Source of the DNA: Promethearchaeota archaeon
GTDB lineage: Archaea; Asgardarchaeota; Lokiarchaeia; Sigyniarchaeales; SOKP01
Assembly: GCA_019058445.1 (NCBI GenBank)
Contig: JAHPZA010000007.1
Coordinates: 20,129-84,128, forward strand
Length of the DNA: 64,000 bases
Direction of reading: 5' to 3'
Shown: positions 57,795-64,000 of the stretch, in pieces
How the letters are laid out: each line of letters starts with the position of its first letter
How positions within the stretch are numbered: position 1 is the stretch's first letter
Program-made: the position numbers and the translations under genes
The notes under the pieces: model-generated
Databases searched by the model: none
Told to the model about the DNA's origin: nothing
Seen by the model: only the letters and a program-made list of their open reading frames with translations

Positions 57795-57886
57795 ACCCGG
57801 GTCGCGAGGGTGAGAGCCTCGCATGCGTGGTCCTTTACATCATCTTTAAAAAATTGAAAAGTTTGACCGAACTACACTACAGAAGC
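57776..57886 (-). tRNA. tRNA-Glu(CTC) with 36-nt D-loop intron (57827-57862)
   Basis: GCTTCTG/CAGAAGC acceptor, CGAGG-CTCTCAC-CCTCG; BHB with GGTC/GACC helix. Confidence 0.92.
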
Positions 57887-58118
57887 AAAGAACACCATTC
57901 TTTCTCTTATAGATTGGAGATTAAGAATTATAAATCCTAATATTATAAAGATTTAATAATTTATCAATTTAATAGTATTCTAAAAAACATGTTCCAAATT
58001 CATATCTACGTTGAACTGTAAAGAAATTAAAAAATAAAACAGTAATGGAAAAAGAAGGTCATAATTAGCAATCTTGACACTATCACTCGAAATTAACAAT
58101 GCGAGTTCTAATTAATAT

Positions 58119-59144
58119 TCAAAGTTTTTTAATAAAAAGTGGTTTTAATAGATTTACATAGTGGTCTCTAATTGAATACTCAGCGATTTTAGTAGCTTCA
58201 GATATAATCTTTTGAGTCAAAAGCGCCTTATGGTTATATTCCCTTGCTAATAACTTATCTGCAAGATAAATTGTGGCGCCGGCTAAAATGAACGGATTTC
58301 TGCCACCGCGGTGTTTTAAAGTTAAAGATTTCAATATTTCTTGGCATTTTTTAGTTATTTTAATCCGAAATTCTTGTTTGGTCCATAAATTCCCCTTTTT
58401 AACTAATCGCTCCTCCAATTCATCATGACTTATCACATTATCAATTAGTCTAATAATATAATCTTCACTTTTATGAGGAATTGAATCCTTGTTCAAATGA
58501 TGTTTGTATTTAATTCCATCTCTTAAAATGAGCCTAGGATTAACTCGGTGTCCAAAATTCTGGAATGCTTCAGAAATTTCTTTAATTGTAATAGGTGCGT
58601 TATGATTTTCTTTCCTTACAGCATAAAAGATGCAAAATGCGATTAATGAAATATTATTAATTACTTTTTTCTCATTTTTCAACACTTTTTTGTAATAGTA
58701 AGCGGCGACATTACGAATATTTTTATTAAGATTAAGATATATTGAAATTTTATTCAATATATTGAAAACTCTATATTCTGTTTCATGATTTTTAATACGT
58801 AAGAACTGGGCATAATTCTTTTTTAATCTCCTATAGAGTTTTTGCTCATTGGGGGGTAGTAGCCTTCCAGATTTATCTTTTAGATATTTTGAATTCTCAA
58901 AATCAATAAAAGTACCTAAACCTCCTATAAAATTAGTTCTTTCTCCTAGAGCTACATATTGTTTGCTCAGATTATTTTTATTGCTTTTATCATTAAATAC
59001 ATAAGAGGAGTCCCCAAAAATTTCATTAATCACTAAACCACAATCTTTACATGTTCTCTCAAAACTCGAGATAATTATTTTTCCACCGCATTCAGGACAA
59101 ATATTAAGTTCAACAGCACATAATTCTTTTATTTTTACCACCAA
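58119..59144 (-). CDS. divergent TFB paralog
   Basis: CPECGG/CKDCGLV ribbon, cyclin repeats, GRNPFILAGATIY, TQKIISEAT.IAEYSIRDHY. Confidence 0.85.
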   Translation of the reverse strand: MVVKIKELCAVELNICPECGGKIIISSFERTCKDCGLVINEIFGDSSYVFNDKSNKNNLSKQYVALGERTNFIGGLGTFIDFENSKYLKDKSGRLLPPNEQKLYRRLKKNYAQFLRIKNHETEYRVFNILNKISIYLNLNKNIRNVAAYYYKKVLKNEKKVINNISLIAFCIFYAVRKENHNAPITIKEISEAFQNFGHRVNPRLILRDGIKYKHHLNKDSIPHKSEDYIIRLIDNVISHDELEERLVKKGNLWTKQEFRIKITKKCQEILKSLTLKHRGGRNPFILAGATIYLADKLLAREYNHKALLTQKIISEATKIAEYSIRDHYVNLLKPLFIKKL

Positions 59145-59376
59145 AAATTATAAAATCTAAGTAATTAATTTTAAGAAAACCTTATTTAGATTTTTTGGAA
59201 TAAAGATTCTTTTAATAGAAAATGCGCTTTTTTTAAATTAACTAATAAACCTTATAGATAGAGAGGGGGGTAATTAAAAATAAAAAAATAGGACTTTAAA
59301 ACATTCAATTTTGAGTAATTTCGTATTGTTTAAAAAATAGTAAATTATTTATCTAAATTAAAATCTATGAGCTTCC

Positions 59377-59613
59377 ATGAGTAGTAATACTGCTAAAATT
59401 AAAGAGATAATGGAATTTCCTAACAATCACCCATATTTTTTGCTAATAATTCTGAACAAATTAAATAAAATTATTAATGGGAAAAGAAAAATTATGTATT
59501 CAGATATAATAAACATAGTAATAAAAGAAGGAATGAAAGATGATATGAGCAAACAACTTATCCTATGGTGTAATTATAAAATAAGATCCGGAGAAATTTT
59601 CGTAGAATTTTAA
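59377..59613 (+). CDS. hypothetical protein
   Basis: 78-aa ORF. Confidence 0.6.
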   Translation: MSSNTAKIKEIMEFPNNHPYFLLIILNKLNKIINGKRKIMYSDIINIVIKEGMKDDMSKQLILWCNYKIRSGEIFVEF

Positions 59614-59830
59614 TGTTAGCTTATTTTCCCTCTCAAATTATTTTAATAAAACTAAAACACTTAATTTAAACAAAAAATTAAAATATCAAATACAACTTAT
59701 CTATATTTAAATATAATACAATTTAAATATAATAATTAGATCTTTCCAAGTTTTTCTTAATTTTTAATTCTTTTAATGAAAAGAACAATAAAATTTCTCT
59801 AACAATTTATAATTTAAGGTAGAGTATTCA

Positions 59831-60520
59831 ATGGTTCGATGGACAGCAGATCATAATGTGTATATAAAAATACTTTATTGGGGAATGGGAGGGTCAGGAA
59901 AAACAACAGTTGTGGATACATTATATAGACTAACAAAAGACCAAAAGCAAGATATTGAACCTACGGGAAATTTGACAAAAATTGCAATGGCTAGTGGCTC
60001 AACTTTATATTTTGATCGTGGTATTTTTCGTTCTACAAAGCAGACAAAGGTTTTCTATCACGTATACACCGTTGCTGGTCAAAGTAGGTTTTCTCCTTTA
60101 AGAAAAAAAATATTTAAAGGGACAGATGGAGTTATTTTTGTAGTTGATTCCCAAACTCATTTTTTTGAAGATAATATTGAATCGTTAAAAGAATTAAAGA
60201 ATATTACACGGGGGCAATTAATTACGGAAATTCCGCTGATTTTGATGATTAATAAACAGGATCTTTCTGAAGTAATTGGAGAGGAAGATTTTAAACAAGT
60301 TTTAAAAGATGAAAAGCTTTGGTTTGAACCGGACCATGAGTTATATATTTGGAATCCGATAATTTATAAAACATGTGCTTTATATGAAAAACAGCAAGGT
60401 ATTATCAGAAGTTTTTCTGAATGTGCAAGAAGGACAGGACTCTATCAAATATATGGAAATGGGAAAGCACCGGTAGGAGATAACTTCTTGAAAATATCTA
60501 AAGAAATACCTGATCTTTGA
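59831..60520 (+). CDS. MglA/Arf-like small GTPase
   Basis: GMGGSGKTT, TLYFD, TVAGQ, NKQD, TCA. Confidence 0.9.
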   Translation: MVRWTADHNVYIKILYWGMGGSGKTTVVDTLYRLTKDQKQDIEPTGNLTKIAMASGSTLYFDRGIFRSTKQTKVFYHVYTVAGQSRFSPLRKKIFKGTDGVIFVVDSQTHFFEDNIESLKELKNITRGQLITEIPLILMINKQDLSEVIGEEDFKQVLKDEKLWFEPDHELYIWNPIIYKTCALYEKQQGIIRSFSECARRTGLYQIYGNGKAPVGDNFLKISKEIPDL

Positions 60521-60697
60521 ATATTTATTAGTATAGTCATTTTAAATTTTCTCATTTTTATTGATCTATCGGTTATAAAAAGATTATAATTATATCCCTT
60601 CTTCATTAAAGTAATTAAATTGTTGAGGAAAAAAAGTAATTCTTAATACAATTTAATTAATTCACAAATTCAGCAAAGAAGAGGTTATAAAATTCCA

Positions 60698-60790
60698 ATG
60701 AAAGAACTTGACAAGTATGACCTACTTTTAGTAGGAATGAAAACTTATAGTTACTTTGAGGATTATACAAACCTCCGTAAAAGTTATTAA
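60698..60790 (+). CDS. possible small protein (MKELDKYDLLLVGMKTYSYFEDYTNLRKSY)
   Basis: manual translation; GAGGT upstream. Confidence 0.35.
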   Translation: MKELDKYDLLLVGMKTYSYFEDYTNLRKSY

Positions 60791-60877
60791 TTTTTCATTA
60801 CTTCCCTTAGTAATATAAATTTTTATTAGTTTAATATAAAAAATTAACTATAATTAATCATTTCTAGTGAATATAAT

Positions 60878-61054
60878 ATGGGACTATTTGATAATATTAA
60901 AGATAAATTGACCGATCAATTTTCAATATTCCAATTTATGAGTGTTTTAGGAATAGATGCCAATGATGTACGCCTAGCGCGAAATTTATTAAAACAATTT
61001 TATTTAGAAGGGTATATTAAAAGAATTTCAAAAAATATGTATCAAAAAAATTAG
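60878..61054 (+). CDS. 58-aa winged-helix-like small protein (below the ORF-track cutoff)
   Basis: MGLFDNIKDKL...ARNLLKQFYLEGYIKRISKNMYQKN. Confidence 0.65.
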   Translation: MGLFDNIKDKLTDQFSIFQFMSVLGIDANDVRLARNLLKQFYLEGYIKRISKNMYQKN

Positions 61055-61095
61055 TAATTGCTAATTTCATTTTTATTGAATCAAGCTCAATGGAA

Positions 61096-61707
61096 TTAGA
61101 GGGTTTGATTTACTTTTACATTTAGTTGAGGAAAAATAAAGCTAATTAATTGTTGAAAGGAATCTAAAACTCCTACACCTTCAGTTGCTATTGTTTCATT
61201 AAATGAGATATGACTAAATTTTTCTGATTCAATAAATTTAATAAAAAGATCTCTATCTAGTTTTTCTCCATTATTCAAATCATACTTGTTAAAGGATACA
61301 ACTAGAGGGATATTATAAAATTCGGGGCCGAATAATGTTCTCAATTCATTCCAAGATCTAATATTATGCTCAAGATATTTAATTTGAGAATCAGCAATAA
61401 AAATTATACCATCCACTCCATTTAACGTAGCTGGGCGAGTACTAGCATAAAAATCTTGCCCTGTGGCTGTGTATAATAGGAATTTTAAACCCCACACAGC
61501 ACCTTTAAATTGTAAAACACCAAAATCAAAAAACAGAGTTCTTCCCACTGAATTTTCGATAGATTCCAACCCATTGTCTTTTCCAAAATAAGAGAAAAGA
61601 TATCTTAGTGACGTAGTCTTACCAGACATCGCCGGTCCATAATATACACACTTTACTTGAACTAATTTATTTTCATAATCTAATAACATAGTATAGTTTA
61701 ACCCCAT
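61096..61707 (-). CDS. MglA-like small GTPase
   Basis: KCVYYGPAMSGKTT, RTLFFDF, TATGQ, NKYD, IAT. Confidence 0.92.
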   Translation of the reverse strand: MGLNYTMLLDYENKLVQVKCVYYGPAMSGKTTSLRYLFSYFGKDNGLESIENSVGRTLFFDFGVLQFKGAVWGLKFLLYTATGQDFYASTRPATLNGVDGIIFIADSQIKYLEHNIRSWNELRTLFGPEFYNIPLVVSFNKYDLNNGEKLDRDLFIKFIESEKFSHISFNETIATEGVGVLDSFQQLISFIFPQLNVKVNQTL

Positions 61708-62594
61708 AATGAATCGATTTTATCAACAATAAATATTTTATTATTCTTTTCTATTAAATTGGAATAGTCCTCTCCCCATTCATGTTTTATAAAAGAAATA
61801 ATTCTGCCAATAGGTACATCTTCGAAGTCTATTGTTTCTAAGAGAGTCTTGCTTCCAATTTTAGTTTTAATCTCTAAAGTATTTAATAAATTTAATCGGG
61901 ATAAAATGAAAAAAGCTCTTTTTGATCCTGAATAAAATACTCGAATCTCTTTTTTAAAAATATTTCTTTTTAATTCATTTTTTTCAGCATTAAAATCTAA
62001 CAATGTTTGAATTAAATCATCATCAATATTATTCAATTTTATCCTCTCTGATAAAACACGCTTCATTCTTATAATTGATTTTTCAGTATCTTGGGATATT
62101 TTTTGTAAGATTTCCTGCTCTAATGATAAGTCCAGTAATTTTGTATTTATCCCCTCAAATTCTACAGAAGGGTTATTGGAGGTAACTATTATATTCAAAA
62201 ATACACCTATCTTCTTTTTAATTAGACTTCTTATCTGTTGTATATTTCCATTTTGTTTATCTACATTAATTCCAATCAACCAAGAACGAAAATTTTCAAA
62301 CTGATTTAAAGCTTCAAAGCTAACATCATCCGGACATCGAATTTGGATTCTCTGAGTATTATAATCAATATCTTCGTTTTGAATTAAATTCGTGTATTCA
62401 TTATTTGAGATAAAGTCAGTGTTAAATACCATTTCTTTTCGAAAATCGATAAGTTCTGTTAACTCAAGTAGAAGTTCATCAATATCGTTTGAGTCGTCAC
62501 CAAAAACCAGTATTGGTATTCTATCTAATAAGCAATAAAGAATTAATGAAGAATGCTTTCTTTTTAACTTGTCTAAAAGTTTAAAGAAATTCAT
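61698..62594 (-). CDS. DENN-core-like protein (putative)
   Basis: LYCLLDRIPILVFG..helix..WLIGI pattern resembles cDENN. Confidence 0.55.
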   Translation of the reverse strand: MNFFKLLDKLKRKHSSLILYCLLDRIPILVFGDDSNDIDELLLELTELIDFRKEMVFNTDFISNNEYTNLIQNEDIDYNTQRIQIRCPDDVSFEALNQFENFRSWLIGINVDKQNGNIQQIRSLIKKKIGVFLNIIVTSNNPSVEFEGINTKLLDLSLEQEILQKISQDTEKSIIRMKRVLSERIKLNNIDDDLIQTLLDFNAEKNELKRNIFKKEIRVFYSGSKRAFFILSRLNLLNTLEIKTKIGSKTLLETIDFEDVPIGRIISFIKHEWGEDYSNLIEKNNKIFIVDKIDSLWG

Positions 62595-62611
62595 AATTTC
62601 ACCTAGTTAAT

Positions 62612-63613
62612 TTATTTAATAACCAAATCACCTAATAAACGCTTAACATCGAATGCATAGGGATCTTGAATTTCAGAAGCTTTTTTAATTAAGTTATTAA
62701 TTTTATTTAAAAACTGTGGGAGAATTAATCTTAATAATCCTAATTTTTGCTTAGTTTTTCCAATTTCGGTACAAAATATCGCCTTTCCTAGCCCATTTAT
62801 GAATTGAAATGTATTTTCACAGTCAATCAAAATCTTTTCGGCATGCATTTTCTTTAATAACCAGGAACATCTATTAGCGGTTTGAAATACAGAATAACTC
62901 ATTGCCGAAATTCTATCTAAAATTTCCTTGTCAATTATTGCATTTTTTAATAACTGTGAGGCAATGAAACCCCCTTCAAGACATATAAATGCATATCGTA
63001 AGTCTGGAATGGTAAGCGAAAAGTCGCTTAACACTTTTCGCAACTCTAATGAGATATTTTCAGAAAAACTCAATGAGAATGAAGAGACATGTAAATCTAA
63101 GTCCTTATCTTCCTTAACATCGAAACCTTTTAATATATTCTCAATTTTTTGACCATCAAATTGAATTAGAGGAGGCTTAAAAGACTCTCCAGAAGTAATT
63201 AACGATGTCTTTATTTTCTTTAAACATTCATTAGTTTGCAAAAAAATACCCCCTAAATTCACATTAGGTTGAGCAGTAATTGCGATGAAAAACTCATGAT
63301 TGTTATTGAGAATGCCCTGTTGTTCCAATATCTTATTCAAGGAAAAATGTAAGGGGCTATTTAACGGGGCAATGAGAATTTTTGCTTTTTTCCCCTCTAT
63401 TAGAATATATTTTAGATCAATAGGATGTAAATGTATCCCTACATTGAAGATAGCACTAGCTGCTGAGCACACATTAAAAATCTCGTCTTTTGAAAACCAA
63501 ACTCCTGTTGATTGAATAGGATTTCCATCTCTTTGAGTTAAAACTGCATTTTCTACGCCTCTAAGTTGTTTTATCTGATCTAAGTGAATTTTAATTTTTT
63601 CTTGTAAGTTCAT
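62612..63613 (-). CDS. tandem Roadblock/MglB-like domain protein
   Basis: two repeats: GVENAVLTQRDG...NLGGI and LRYAFICLEGGFIAS...KLGLLRL. Confidence 0.85.
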   Translation of the reverse strand: MNLQEKIKIHLDQIKQLRGVENAVLTQRDGNPIQSTGVWFSKDEIFNVCSAASAIFNVGIHLHPIDLKYILIEGKKAKILIAPLNSPLHFSLNKILEQQGILNNNHEFFIAITAQPNVNLGGIFLQTNECLKKIKTSLITSGESFKPPLIQFDGQKIENILKGFDVKEDKDLDLHVSSFSLSFSENISLELRKVLSDFSLTIPDLRYAFICLEGGFIASQLLKNAIIDKEILDRISAMSYSVFQTANRCSWLLKKMHAEKILIDCENTFQFINGLGKAIFCTEIGKTKQKLGLLRLILPQFLNKINNLIKKASEIQDPYAFDVKRLLGDLVIK

Positions 63614-63761
63614 TTTAAATCTTCAATTCTTTTTTACAATTAGTTTTTTTTAGATTAGAAAAGAGATTTTTAAACTACGAAGAATTTATATCTTTGCTAT
63701 TTTCTTTTTAGAAAATAAAAAAATTTATAATTTAGAAATGATATTTTATATCACAGCACTT

Positions 63762-63830
63762 CGCATCGTTACCGGCGTAAGCTCGGATTGCGGAAAAGTC
63801 CGTTAAATGATGAGTGTAATCAACGATGCG
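63762..63830 (+). other. structured element upstream of the 16S rRNA (possibly 5' ETS)
   Basis: CGCATCGTT...AACGATGCG stem with an internal hairpin and ATGATGA. Confidence 0.5.
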
Positions 63831-63955
63831 GTATAAAAGATGTAGTTATAATTTAATATATTATAACCGAAGAAAGTTTAATTAAGAATCCCATATGAGT
63901 AAATTTCCAAAATTAATTTAATTTAGCCCAGTGCGACAACATTATAATAATTATT

Positions 63956-64000
<45 letters not shown>

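Noticed and set aside
227-63515. Many antisense or nested ORFs (e.g. 227-601, 2158-2715, 6185-6583, 8800-9078, 26291-26605, 29929-30261, 62928-63152)
   Set aside because: They shadow well-supported genes and show no motifs of their own

Overview
AT-rich archaeal chromosome segment, almost certainly Asgard (Lokiarchaeia-like). Support comes from archaeal information-processing genes (rpl3/4/23, rps17e, rpoP, three TFBs, cdc6/orc1, class I LysRS, ABCE1, the start of a 16S rRNA) together with eukaryote-signature modules (profilin, longin, roadblock, DENN-like, V4R/Bet3-like, small GTPases, TPR plus adaptin-ear-like). Main observations: (1) A ~15 kb accessory block right after a tRNA cluster encodes a membrane-anchored VirB4/HerA-type ATPase operon, four proteins sharing a VirB2/CedA-pilin-like helical hairpin, a TFB-small GTPase fusion and a recurring promoter motif. 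It is a candidate Asgard DNA-transfer (Ced/T4SS-like) system with its own transcription factor. (2) Five intron-containing tRNAs, including a three-intron tRNA-Asn with an intron in the T-stem and a two-intron tRNA-Leu(CAA) with a 5-nt exon. (3) Probable ATT/ATC start codons, clearest in an unannotated rpoP. (4) A dispersed Tad/Flp-like pilus system whose prepilin peptidase carries a T19 tract. All protein calls come from motif recognition by eye; no database searches were run.
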